Positions 13,789 through 28,227 of a stretch of DNA of 64,000 nucleotides are shown here, piece after piece; position 1 is the stretch's first letter, and each line of letters starts with the position of its first letter. Location of the stretch: positions 53,692,001-53,756,000 of the forward strand of contig NC_043015.1 in the NCBI RefSeq assembly GCF_006345805.1, read 5' to 3'. A program made the translations under genes and the position numbers. The notes under the pieces were generated by a model. That model ran no database searches, was not told where the DNA came from, and saw only the letters and a list, made by a program, of their open reading frames with translations. The stretch comes from Octopus sinensis. Its lineage: Eukaryota.

Positions 13789-13855
13789 TACACACACACA
13801 CATATATATGTAAATATATATACATACACAGATACGTACATATATGTTATAATAC

Positions 13856-13892
<37 letters not shown>

Positions 13893-14146
13893 CTTAGATA
13901 TTAATTTATGAATTAATATTGTTTGCTGTCCGACATTAAGAATTACTGTCAGGGAAACGAAAGAATGTAAATAAATATGAAAATGAACAAAGAATGCGAG
14001 ATAAAAATAATTATAAGTCAATACAACATAAAAAGACCCCATTTATCTCCACCAAATTATTTAACAATATATTATGACAATGATGCAATCACAAAGTATT
14101 TAGCAATGGCCAATATTTCTCAAAAATCCCTATATATATATATATA

Positions 14147-14213
<67 letters not shown>

Positions 14214-15230
14214 ATATATATATATGTGTATATTTATCTATCTATCTCACTCTATATATATACATATATATAATATATATATATATATAATATATATATA
14301 TATAATATTATATATATATATGTGTGTGTGTGTATGTATATATGTATGTATATATGTATGTATGCATTTGGTATTGTTTCGTGGTAAGGCGATTAGATTA
14401 GTTATTCTATGTCATAAAGCACACGAGTGGATTTCATAACATTCCTGTGTGACAATCATATAAACGTTGTTGTTTGGATGACAAAGTGTTTTCTAATACA
14501 AGACAAAACACTATTTAAATGTTCCGAAGGCGCATATGTAATATATTATCTTTTCTTTTTATACTTTGTATAAATTTATTTGTAATATTTATTATTTGTT
14601 ATTATTCTTAATAATAATGATATTGTTTCAATACATTCATATTAATATGTGCAATTGCGTACATATAACAAAGTAACAAATGTAGTTATGAACCCGCATG
14701 TCGACATGTGTATGTATGTATGTATATATATTTATATATATGTACACATCATTCGTACATAAATATGGATACAGGCTGGTATGTATATATCTATACATAT
14801 GCATTTTAACACAGAGTATTATGCTGACTCACATTTATATACACTATTTCATATTTATGGAGAGATAGCTACTTAGAAATTGATATATACATATGCATGA
14901 ATGTATGTATATATTTGTATACGAATATATATAGGTTACAACGTATAGTAGTATACATATATACATATATATATATATTTATATGTGCACAATCATACAT
15001 GCAGATATATAACTTTATAAACAAGTATATGTATATATATATATAATTATATATATATATAATTACATATATATATATGTAAGTATGTATGTATGTATAT
15101 ACGTACACAAATATGCATATACAAATTTGGTGTACATCTTATTGTGTATTAGTGCGTTCCATCATAACTTCATGTACTTAATATTAAAAAAAGTCTTCGA
15201 GAAATTTATATGCATATCTACACGCTTGCG

Positions 15231-15284
<54 letters not shown>

Positions 15285-15301
15285 CATATGTATTCACAAA
15301 T

Positions 15302-15333
<32 letters not shown>

Positions 15334-15889
15334 ATATACATACATATTTATATAGATGTGTAGAAAGAAATATATAAATATATATATATATATATACTGA
15401 TGTGCTCTATGTATAAATAAATACATAAGCAAATACTCACTGACACATTATATACCTAAATATGTATAAAAGTACTTTCACAAACACGTCTATGTTACAT
15501 ACATAAATACATGCAAATACACGCATATATAGAAAGTCACAGGCACATACGTTTTATATATACATATACACACATAATATATACATGTAATTACAGGATT
15601 TTAAAGTAACTCTCATAAATATGCAGTAAACCGTAAATGTAAAATTAACAATTAAACTTCTCTCTCTGCTGTGAGTGTTGGTTATTAGAATGACGTATGT
15701 GAAGTCATGCCTTGTACTGACTCCTCCACACTCTCAACTATACACTACACATAAGATATTTATGGAATCGCATCGAATCACAACTATGCATTGTGTTGAT
15801 TAAATATATTAAAATTGATTAATTTATTTACTTGTGATGTTTATTCGAACATTGTAATGGTTTCGAGACCATAATTCATTATTTGGAAT

Positions 15890-16800
15890 AAATATGCAAA
15901 TATCTACATATAGATTTCTCAGGCTGTTTAGAAAGTTATTAAATATCTGCGGGCCTTTCCGGGCCTTTACACTGCAAGCTATTGTAGTATATCGTCCTTG
16001 CTCAAAACGGGTGGGTAGAGTTTTGGAAAAGTGTAATGATGACTCCTTCGAGATGGGGGATGGTATAACACTCGATGTTACAGTTTGGTGCTAGCCCCTC
16101 TAGAATTTCCCATACCTGTATCACCGACTATCTCTTCCGACTTCACTCCATGAGTAGAGTTGTAACTGTTTCAATCTCCCCCAGTGGTTCGACTATTTCA
16201 TTAATGCACGTTTCTTGTTGTAGCACCGCTGATATGTCATGAGATCTGCTATTAATTCGACGGTGTCGGATGAACATAATTGAGAGCAGCTGACAAGATG
16301 ACTGAGAACAAATTTCTTCCACAGAACAGCATAATTCCTTGGTCCTTTTTTTTTCTGCAATTTCTCAGAAACTATCTGGTCACTTGCCTGCATCATTGTG
16401 ATATATACATGAAACAAAGCATCGTTAATCATATCATTCCCCACGTTCCACATCGTGTTTGACTCTTGGATTGCCGCTCGTTTTGGTGCAACGTATCCTT
16501 GTTGCTAAGTGTTATCATAAGCTGGCTGGTGGCGGAGGCCTTGGATGTTATCTGCAATAAATTGCATGTTTCTTTCTTCGTTTCATTTATATATGGCACC
16601 TGGGTTTTTCTGTAGAAACCTAGCATCAGGATCGCTAGTGCTACTTTGACCGCTTGTATTACTTTTGTAACGGCGGAACAGCTAGTAAGTATGGTTGCCT
16701 GCGTAACTGATGACCTGGCACTAAAAGCAGCAACAGCTCCAAGACAGTTTCCTGGGACATTCCCCTTGTTATTAATGTCTCTCTGAAGAGGGCCTCCCGG
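15890..16800 (-). mobile_element. Decayed CR1/L2-group LINE, RT C-terminal half
   Basis: Frameshifted translation GMSQETVLELLLLL (cf. GVPQGTVLGPLLF), TSCSAVTKVIQAVK (decayed YADDTK), LWKKFVLSHLVSCSQLCS, WEILEGLAPN and GPQIFN..LRNL; same family as 34136-34485. Confidence 0.8.
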
Positions 16801-17320
16801 TTTTCCAACTACCCAGAAACTTCGGAGCTTGTGACAAATAATCTTGTAATTATAAATATATATAATAAATGTGGCATATTCGGAATTTTACAGCCAAAAG
16901 GTAGAACTACAGACGTCACTAAGGTGACCAAGGGTACGAGTTAGAAATAGCATTGCTAGAAATAACAGTCAAAACAACTTTTACACACAATAAAGCACTT
17001 ATCATGGCTAAGAGTTGTTTTGACTTTTATTTCTTGCAATAATGGTGCATATATCTATCTATCTATATATCTATTTCTCTCTCTCTCTCTCTCTAGATAT
17101 ATATATATATATATATATATTTACATACATACATATATAAATATATATATATATATGTATATATATTATGGTTTGCATAATGCCCTTCCCCAGTTTTAAT
17201 AGTGTATATATATATATATGTATACATGCACACATATACGCATGCACACACATGCATGTATACATAAAATACATACATACATACATACATATATACATAC
17301 ATACATACGTACGTACATAC

Positions 17321-17880
17321 GAAGATATCCCACACATCATAAGCAGTTCGAAAATGTCATCACGGTATTATCTACTGATGATGCTGTAGTTAGGACACTC
17401 TATAATAAAATCACTCGGAAGGATAACCCTGAGAACAAGGAAATAAGAAACCACAGTATGGTAGAAGCTATAACCACTTATAATAAAAAAGAGTATTGGT
17501 GGAATGACCCAGTGAAGACCTCAGTAATATGTCAGCATAACAGACCTGATATAATGATTTGGGATAGAGAAGAGAAACTGTGCACAGCTGTGGAAATTAG
17601 CTGTCTAGTGGACGTTAACATAAAGCTGAATAACAGCGAAAAAGAGAACATCTATGCTGAACTATTGAGTAATCTGCAGTTACTCTATCAAGATTACAAG
17701 TTCACGCTTATACCTGTAATTTTTGGGCCATGGGATATATAACACGCTGCTTAAATACCAACCTTGTGAAATTAGGCTTCTGAAAATCAGAAAGAAAAAA
17801 GATAATTCGAAGACTGCAGTTCTAATCCCTTACCGGAACTGCAAAAATCTGCAAAACTTCTTAGAAGTTTATCATTTAAA
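17321..17880 (+). mobile_element. 5'-truncated R4/Dong-type non-LTR retrotransposon (restriction-like endonuclease domain)
   Basis: EDIPHIISS..KMSSRYYL (end of CCHC knuckle) / DAVVRTLYNKI...HNRPDIMIWDREEKLCTAVEISC...KENIYAELL...IPVIFG / AMGYI...LVKLGF...LQF.SLTGTAKICKTF: PD-(D/E)xK RLE pattern, with frameshifts and stops. Confidence 0.85.
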
Positions 17881-18529
17881 TATATATAAGCATGTGCAGA
17901 CATGCAACTATATGCATGAGAATACATACATCAAGCAAAACATACAAATCTGAACATATACATATGTACACATATACACACATACATACATACATATATA
18001 CATACATACATACATACATAAATACATACATACATACATACATGCATGCATGCATGCATACATGCATACATACATACATACATACATACATACATACATA
18101 CAAAAATACACTGTTATTGATGTTCAAATTCCAATGAAGGAGCCTTGGATCTAGGTTAGAAACCAGCCCTTTCTCTATTGTCAAGCAATCTTGAAATAAA
18201 ACATAACAACAATATACATACACATTTATCACATTTTCTTTGTGATGACTTCCACACATTTTCTGTCAGCACAGTTCTACTCACATTGTTATTAGTCAGC
18301 TTTACGCAACAGGCGAAAACACTTGTCTAAAGACCTACACAGTGAGATCGAATCCAGGGGGCTGTTGTTACGAAGTAAACATCTTTTTCATACACTTATG
18401 CCTGCTATTATCTTGATGAAAATATTCATAACTGTATGATAGGGCTACGAGTTCAAATTTGTCAATCTGAGGTTACATATTAATAGTTTTTAATTTCTAA
18501 AATGCCCCCTGTTTTTGGAAAGAAAGACA

Positions 18530-19900
18530 GGTCGACTCAATTGATAAACGACTTACACGGTTGGTATTTTACTGATCCTTTGAGAAAGAAACGGAAAGGT
18601 GATCTCGGCCGGATTTGAACTAAGAACGTAAGGAATAGGACAAACAAGTTAGTGCATTTTTTGCAATTTCCAACGAATCTTTCAGCTTCCTGACTCATTG
18701 AAGCTAAATAATAGTAATGATACCAAAACTTGACACAAGGCCTGCAGTTTGTGGAGGAGGGAGAGGAAAGCGATAGCATCGACCCAATCGCTCAACTGGT
18801 ACTTATATTATCGGCCCCGAAACGATGTAAGGCGAAGTTGATCTCGGTGGAATTTGAACTCAGAACAGAAAGATGAACGATATATCGGTTTCAAATGTTG
18901 ACACAATTCCAGCAGCTTTGAGGTATAGGGTAAATCGATCATATCGACGCCAGTGCTTAACTGGTACTTATTTTATCGACTCAGAAAGGATGAAAGGTGA
19001 AATCAACTTCGGTGGAGTTTGAACTCAGAATAGAAAAACGGAATAAGTACCACTAACAACAATAATCCTTTCTACTAAAGCATGAGGCCTGAAATGTTTG
19101 GTGGGAGGGGACCAATCGATTACATGGACCCCAGTATGTGACTGGTACTTTATTCATCAACCTCGAAGGAATTTGAACTCAGAACGAAAAAACGGATGAA
19201 TATGCAGCTAAGCATTTTACCCGGTGTGCAAACGATTTTGCTAACTCGCCACATTAATGCTACTAATAATAATAATCCTTTCTACTACAGGCACAAGGCA
19301 TGAAATTTCGGCGAGGGGGATAGTCGATTATACCGACACCAATACTCAACTGGTACTTAATTTATCAATCTCGAAAGGATGAAAGGTAAGGTCGACCACG
19401 GCGGAATTTGAACTTCGAACGTAATGACAGGCGAAACATACCTATTTCTTTACTACCCACAAGGAGCTAAACACAGAGGGGACAAACAAGGACAGACAAA
19501 CGGATTAAGTCGATTACATCGACCCCAGTGCGTAACTGGTACTTATTTAATCGATCTCGAAAGGATGAAAGGCAAAGTCGACCTCGGCGGAATTAGAACT
19601 CAGAACGTAGCGGCAGATGAAATACCGCTAAGCATTTCGCCCGGCGTGCTAACAATTCTGCCTGCTCGCCTCCTTGAATTAGACAATAATAATAACGGTT
19701 CGTGAGTGAGAGGAAAATGCTAGTAATATTGACGGGACGCTAGGTCGGACTCTAGTATTTCGCTGATACCCCTTATTATCCATCACGGTGGGAGGAAACT
19801 AAAGTTGACCTGTGTCAGATTGGAACTCAGAAATGAGATGAAGAAAGTAAAGCGATATTTCCAATGCTCTAAAAAATCTGGCAGCTCACATACTTCTTGA
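18530..19900 (-). repeat. Cluster of about 7 co-oriented SINE family A fragments
   Basis: Repeated core atcgaccccagt...aactggtactta...tttatcga....gaaaggatgaaagg...gacctcggcggaatttgaactcagaa recurs about every 150-250 bp. Confidence 0.8.
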
Positions 19901-20725
19901 ATACAAACAACATACATTACATAAATACCCACCCACTAAGCTCTAGCTTTGTGCGTGGCTTTAACACAGGTAATTAGCAAACGTCTCATTGGATTAGTGT
20001 TTGATTGAAGTCTGGTCATAATTATAATAATTGTAAAAGGTTGTGGCTAACCAATTTGTTGCAGCAATAATGCAAGATGCTCTGCTGCAGCGATTACACA
20101 CCGACTTTGATGACTCATAGTCAGCATCATAAAAATTATGTGTTGCATAATTAAATACAGGGAGGAGCAACTAACATGATGTAGAGTACATCTATCCTCG
20201 TTCATCATGGATGGTTGGTTCTCATCGACGATTTAAATGAATCAGATCTAAATGAGGAACAGAACCCGTATGCAAAAATAGGGTATTGTTCAGAGATACC
20301 AACTTATTCTGAATATTGTGGATGGTCTGTTGGGCGTACATTTGCAGTCCAAGCAGACTCTGACAGTGATTCTCAATCTGTGTTATAGAGAACAACTAAC
20401 ATTTTTGATCTCTCTTGCATAATGCAATCCTGTTCACTTGAAGAACCATTCTGGATAAGCATTCAATTGAACTCTGAACATCTTAGAGCGATGATTTCAA
20501 AGAACTACAATGGGGGAATCGAATGTAGGGATCAAGACGTATAATTATGTTCATCGCAATTTCTCTGATAAACATTTGCTCTGTATAAAAAAATAATGCT
20601 GGTACAGTAGTAACTATAACATTTTACCGGAGTAGACTGTGTGGACCTCGAAACTAACCAGTACAAGTCATTTACATACACACACATATATATATTATAA
20701 TATATATATATATATATATATTATA

Positions 20726-20764
<39 letters not shown>

Positions 20765-20783
20765 GTGTGTGGTGTATAATATA

Positions 20784-20820
<37 letters not shown>

Positions 20821-20927
20821 TACATATATGTAAATATATATTATATATATATATATATATATGTAATATACATACATAGATATGGATATATACGTGTATA
20901 TATATGGTTATTTATAGACGTGCATAC

Positions 20928-21038
<111 letters not shown>

Positions 21039-21189
21039 TAGATAGCAGACAGAAAGACAGAGAGACATTCAGACGACGGATGGATAGATAGATAGATAAG
21101 ATGAAACGTAGATAAAATTATAGAAACGAGAGATAAAGAGAAAGAGGAGATAAATAAAGAAGAAGATAGATAGATAGATAGATAGATAT

Positions 21190-21220
<31 letters not shown>

Positions 21221-21850
21221 TAGATAGATATATAGAATATAGATAGATAGATAGATAGATAAGATAGATGATAGAGATAGATAGATGAGATAGATAGATA
21301 GATAGATCATAATATATAGATAGATAGATAGAAGAACAAACTGACAAACCGACACACAGGCAGACAGAACTGAGCGACATGAGGTGTTATAAAAATGATT
21401 TTCGTGTTTATATATTTTTAAAATATAGCGACAGAATATATTTTCAAACAAAACACGACAAAACGAATTATAAAAAAGTAAAAAAAACCAGCAAATTTAT
21501 ATAAAATGTTTCCGGATTGTAATATAAAACGAAACAAAACATTGTAAAGAACTAATAAAAGAGGGTAAAAAATTCAAAAGTCGAACGAACATTTACTAAA
21601 TTTATAGAATTAGATAGAAATCTTTCAATTAAATGAGATAAAGAAAATAATTGATTTCTCCAAGACAAGGGAATAGTTAAACATGTACAACATGGCGATA
21701 CATATTGTGAGGTTTGTGGATCTGAGTCTATGTGTCTGTGGCATGTGTATGTGTGTGTGTATATACATATATTTATGCATGTATGTATATAAATAACCAC
21801 ATCTATACAAGTATATATATCCATATATAATATGCATGAATACTTATATA

Positions 21851-21891
<41 letters not shown>

Positions 21892-21979
21892 TGTGTGGTG
21901 TGTGTGTACGCATATATATATGCATACATGTATGTATATAATAAACATATACTACATATATATCCATATCAAATAAAAT

Positions 21980-22036
<57 letters not shown>

Positions 22037-22890
22037 CATGAAGTTTATATACTGTATATATTCTCCACTCTTGGTGCTCTCTCCGTCTCTCTCTCATTAT
22101 ATATCTTTTTTATCTATTAGATTTATATTAATTGTATATATATATATATATATATATATTTAAACCTCCATACATGCATATTTAATAAATACATACATAT
22201 ATACATACATATACACACACGTATACTTACATACATACACACCTTACATGCATACATACATATTTATACGTATATACATGCATACACACATACATATATA
22301 CATATATATATGTACACATCCAACAAAGCATATGTGTGTGTGCGTGCGTGAATGTGTGTGTGTAAATGTATGCATATTCGCGTGCCTATGCATGGCAGCA
22401 AATGCATAAATAAATCCAAAGATATTCCTTGACATATATTCTAATACATTTTGTAGCTTTAAATTGCATCTTAGCATTTCTTTTTGTCTTGCCGGAGACA
22501 GTACATACATTTTCGAAAATTAAATAAAATCTCAATTTAATATACAGCCACACACGCATATATATGCATACGTGCGTGTGTTTACATATACCCATACATA
22601 TATGTACACACACATGTACGTACGTATGTATGTATGTATGTATGTATGTATGTTGTATGTATGTATGTATGTATGTATGTATTTGTACGTATGTTTATTG
22701 GTTTCTCCGGTTTGCTATGGGAAACTTCGTTTTCGTTTGTGATAAACGTAACCATATAATGAAATTCTTCAAATGATTGATGTTGTTCAAGTATTTGATA
22801 AATGTAATTTTTGGTGTATAAATCAATCTGTTTCTTATGTAGACATTTTCTTACGAATTCTAAACTTATTTCAACGCGCTTGGTGCTCTT

Positions 22891-22945
<55 letters not shown>

Positions 22946-23060
22946 TAATAATATAATCATAATATTAATGATAATAATAATGATATGAATTATAATAATG
23001 ATAACTAAAATAATAATAATAATAGATAGATATTATTATTACTATTGTTACTATTACTAA

Positions 23061-23156
<96 letters not shown>

Positions 23157-23436
23157 AAGTAGTAGTAGTTCTTGTTGTTGTTTTTGCTGTTCTTGCGGTG
23201 GTGGTGGTGGTTGAAGAATTGTGTTGACTTGTAGCGTTTTGAAATTAATATAATTTTTTTTAAATGTAAATGTTTCGCTGCACGATTTGAAATATTCGCA
23301 ACATTGAGTTGCATAATTGTATGCCTATACTCACACCCACACGCACGCACGCACACACACACACACACAGATACACATACGCACACTCATATATACATAT
23401 ATATAAAATACATACGTATATATATATATATATATA

Positions 23437-23470
<34 letters not shown>

Positions 23471-23640
23471 TGTGTGTCTGTGTATGTACATAGATGTATG
23501 TATGTAATGCGTATAAGAGTGTGTTTGCATATTCCAATGCGCATGCGCATTGCGCGTATTTTCACACTTATGGCTATTATGTATATATTCTATATTTATA
23601 TATTTATTAAGTGTACATATATGTATATATATATATATAT

Positions 23641-23680
<40 letters not shown>

Positions 23681-24333
23681 CAAAATCCATATGTCGCATT
23701 TGGCAACTTAGACGTTGTGGGAGACATTTAGAATTGTTTGTGGTATATTTGTGTTGGGTTTTCGCCAACACGTAATTTGAGGCGAAAAAAAATGTCGTTA
23801 TGTCAACAACATTTTGCTTTACAATAGAATTATTTTCATGAAGGTAACTTTTGTGCATGATGTAGCTACTGTTGTGCTGCTGCTCTGATTCTTGCTGTTG
23901 TTGTTGTTATTGTTGTCTTATAATCTGCTGTCGGTGGGGCTGGTTCTGGTTGTGGTAGTTTTCTTGCAGTTGTTATTGCCGTTCCTCTTAGACGTTTCTT
24001 TTACTTCTGATGTCAATATGAATATGACAGAATTTATTAAAATGCGCATAAATCTACATAAACATATATATATAAATATATAACAACATTTACCCATATA
24101 TATATGTGTGTGTTTGTGTCTTTGCGTGTGGTGTATTCCTATGTATGTATATATGAATAAATAATTAAATATGTGTGCATGTGTGCATTTGTAAACTGGT
24201 GCGTGTGTGCGCGTCTATAAACTTTCTTCCATGCAAGATTATAGAACTCTTTTGGGAGATGAATGTGGTACCTTATAATCGAAAGCAATTCTAGTTTTTA
24301 AAGTTATTTACAATAATTTTATAATGCAATTCT

Positions 24334-24523
24334 ACAGTTCTATATTTAAGAGATGAGGAATTATGTACATTATTTACATTATTTACAACTGACAGATATT
24401 TGTCCTCATCTTTGTTGTTAACACAACATTTTGGCTGATGTACCCTCCAGCCTTCATCAGGTGTCTTGGGGAAATTTCGAACGTGTGTTCTCATTCCTGA
24501 GGTATTTTCCGATGTTATTATTA

Positions 24524-24573
<50 letters not shown>

Positions 24574-24638
24574 TCATTGCCTGGAATCGAACTCGGTATC
24601 TTGTGGTTAGTAGCCAGCGCTCTTAACCACTATGCCAT
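24334..24638 (-). mobile_element. Near-full-length F1 tRNA-(AAT)n-HHR element
   Basis: Minus strand: tggcatagtggttaagagcgc...gagttcgattccaggcaatgacctga (AAT)n ...gacac CTGATGA aggctg gagggtacat cagcc aaaat gtt gtgtt (GAAAC mutated to AAAAT), then tail to 24334. Confidence 0.88.
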
Positions 24639-24645
24639 AGCAAGG

Positions 24646-24681
24646 TTCCAGGCAGCGACCTGAATAATAATAATAATAATA

Positions 24682-24719
<38 letters not shown>

Positions 24720-24725
24720 GTAATG

Positions 24726-24785
<60 letters not shown>

Positions 24786-24953
24786 TAAAGAAGAAGAAAG
24801 AAGAAGAAGAAGAAGAAGAAGAAGAAGAAGAAGAGAAGAAGAGAAGAAGAGAAGGAAGAAGAAGAAGAAGAAGAAGAAGACGACAAACAACAACAACAAC
24901 AACAACATCGAAAAATACGTTAGGAATTAGAACCCAGGTTCGAAATTTCCGCA
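24646..24953 (+). mobile_element. Partial F1 copy, head-to-head with the preceding one; spacer expanded to (AAT)n(GAA)n(CAA)n
   Basis: ttccaggcagcgacctgaat(aat)n...catcgaaaaatacgttaggaattagaacccaggttcgaaatttcc; stops about 10 nt before where the HHR would begin. Confidence 0.8.
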
Positions 24954-25738
24954 ATTTATACGGCCTTCTTCAGTGGCTCCAAACACAGGAATGCTTTGGT
25001 TATCTTAACATATGAACGTCATTGATGGTATGAAATACGGGAGCTGATGTTTGAAATAGTTTGAAGTGGAACGTCAATATTTTACAAGGCAGAAAATTGT
25101 AGAACGTCCTTTTACACTGAAAATATATATGTATTTATATATATATATATATATATTAGGTGCCAATTTTAAGTCATTTAACACCTTACTACTTTCTACA
25201 TTCATTCTTCTTCTTCTTCTTCTTCTTCTTCTTCTTCTTCTCCCTTCTCCTTCCTAACTTTATCACTAATGCTTTTTAGTATAACACCTACGCAAATTCT
25301 ATAAACAAAACATTCTAAAGAAATATTTTCATGAATTGAAAAGGGACTGCTAGCCTCCACTGACCATTCAAAATACTACTATCATAGCACTCCAAAACTT
25401 TTCTTCTTCTTCCCCTTCTCCGCCTCCTCCTTCTTCTTCTCCTTTCTTCTTCTTCTTCTTCTTCTTCTTCTTCTTCTTCTTCTTCTTCTTCTTCTTCTTC
25501 TTCTTCTTCTTCTTCTTCTTCTTCTTCTTCTTCTTCTTCTCCTTCTTCTTCTTCCCTACCAAGACTTCACAAGGACCTCGAGTAAGCAAGAGAGACAGAG
25601 ACAGGCAGAAAAAAGGAAAATGCCACTTGCATTTGAACACTATACAAATATACTTTTAAAAAACTTTTGTTTTAATTTTTCTAAATTTAATTATTTAATT
25701 GTTACGGTTGAAAAAGTCTCAATAACTGAAACCGGGGC

Positions 25739-26025
25739 TCTTTTCCTTTTGATGAACGGAAATTTCTAGTTAACTAAACAATTTGAAACTTCGTATACTG
25801 GTAGAATGTGTCAAAAGAAAACATTATTGAAAACAAAATTGAACACAAAATTGTAATTTGTAAGTTTAACGTAGTTTAATTCTTCGAATTTTAACCAATG
25901 AAATGCCAGCATCTCAGCTCAAATCATTTGCTGCGTTATCAATATTGATAAAGAAACATAGCAGACGCACGCCGCATACACACACACACACACACATATA
26001 TTCTGATACATACTCACGTACACTT

Positions 26026-26056
<31 letters not shown>

Positions 26057-26695
26057 CCTCTCTCTCTCAAACACATGCATATACATTCGCACAAGCACAT
26101 AGTAATTAATATATAAGCGTACAAACACGTACAAACGGAGATATACATACACACATACGCACACAAGCATATATACACGTTCGTGAGTTCGCACTGGTGT
26201 CGATAGAATCGACTTAATACTTTTGTATTTCATGCTTTGTTCCCTCTGTGTTTTGCCCCTTGCCGCAACAAATTTACACAAAAGGTAAATAAACCAGAAG
26301 GGGGGGGGGGCAATGTTTCATCGTTTCGGGGTCGATAAATTAAGTACCAATTACGCACTAATGTCGAGGATTTTTTTCCTAATTTATATCACAGCCTCCG
26401 ACAAGCTGGGGCATCCTTTTATGAAAAAATATTTCGCAAATTTTTACAATACGACCCACACTCCACGCGCACCCTCTAGACCGATTTAGGCAAATTATTG
26501 TTTTGTTTTTGTTGTTTCTGGCCCTTCAAAACCATGGGTGAAGCCTTTTCGGTAAAAAGAAATAACGAAAATATTCAAAAAATATCGTTAATATTTTTAT
26601 TGGGCGACGAAATTCATCGATTTAAGAGATATAGCTGTTATTTCTAGCACATGCAGAAGACAGAAGACAGAAGATAGACAGAGAAGGATGAATAA

Positions 26696-26743
<48 letters not shown>

Positions 26744-27018
26744 TGTGGTGTGTGTGTGTGTGTGTGTGTGTGAGTGTGTGTGTGTGTGCGTGTGTGTGTC
26801 TGTGCCGTTTACGTTTTTAGACGCAGCAAATGATTTGAGCTGAAATACTGGCATTTCATTGGTTAAAATTCGAAGAATTAAGCTACGTTAAACTTACAAA
26901 TTACAATTTTGTTTTCAACTTTGTCTACAATAATGTTTTCTTTTGACACATTCTACCAGTATACGAAGTTTCAAATTGTTTAGTTAACTAGAAAATTCCG
27001 TCCATCAAAAGGAAAAGA
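25739..27018. repeat. Pair of ~198-bp inverted repeats (25739-25936 and 26821-27018) about 0.9 kb apart
   Basis: tcttttccttttgatgaacggaaatttctagttaactaaacaatttgaaacttcgtatactggtag...catttgctgcgt is closely mirrored by acgcagcaaatg...ctaccagtatacgaagtttcaaattgtttagttaactag...catcaaaaggaaaaga. Confidence 0.85.
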
Positions 27019-27133
27019 TCCGATACCGGTACTGAACTGTTTTTTATAAAATTATTTTAGCATCTTTATCTTGACTGTTTTTCCATATACATCAACTCGT
27101 GTGTTCCTTTTCATCCTTATACACACACACACA

Positions 27134-27210
<77 letters not shown>

Positions 27211-27238
27211 ATATGTGTGTATGTGTGTGTGTGTGTTA

Positions 27239-27430
27239 TATTGGAGGGTTTACTGAAAATTTCCTGGCCTTGGATAAAAGACAATACAGGAAATCAGTTA
27301 ATTATGATTTATTCAAACACTTATTGCAGTGTCTTTCAGTTTTTCTAAACCCTGTAAAAAACTGTGAACTTTCGCAACGAGGCCTTTGGCTTTACCTTAA
27401 ATCTAGGAATTTTTCTGTACACCCCTCGTA
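27239..27430. mobile_element. Mariner-type MITE / internally deleted copy
   Basis: Right end ...gaatttttctgtacacccctcgTA (TACGAGGGG-type mariner terminus); left end TAttggagggtttactgaaaatttcctgg is a degenerate mirror. Confidence 0.55.
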
Positions 27431-27496
27431 TATATATAATATATATATATTATATATATATAATTATATATATATGTGTGTGTGTATATATATATA

Positions 27497-27534
<38 letters not shown>

Positions 27535-28178
27535 GTTGTTGTATACAAAACGATATGGTTTAGAAGGTAGAGAATGAGGCAGATAATCATCTATAGAGTT
27601 ACATACGAAAAATACAAAGGAAAATCAGAACGTACCCGGACTGATTGCTAGGTGTGCATCCATACATACACATGCACAATCACAGAGGCCGACACAAGCA
27701 CACACGTGACACATGCATATACAACTAAATATTGTGCATACATACATATTTATATATGTTTATGTGTGTGTGTATGTGTGTACATATATGTATATATAGA
27801 GATGGAGTAAGAGAAAGAGTAATAGATAATGCTATGTGGAAAATATTGTTGGTAATTCGAGACTAAAGCATGTGCGTGTCACGGAATCGATTCCCAAATG
27901 GGTTCGATACGCTTCGTTTCCTTTGCTAATAAATTCGCCAAAATCAGGGACCCTAACAGCGAACAATCCTTTGTCTCTGGACGTCATTAGGTCTAATCAT
28001 TACTTTGAAATGTGCCGCTGATTGCTTATGAAAATATATACTTTTGCTGTTTGACTTTTATTCCCTTGGGTACAATAAACAAATATTCCGCTCACGCATA
28101 GAGGTGTGTGTATATATTTATAGAGATACACACACACACACACACTCACATATACCTATATCTGTAAATATATATATG

Positions 28179-28227
<49 letters not shown>

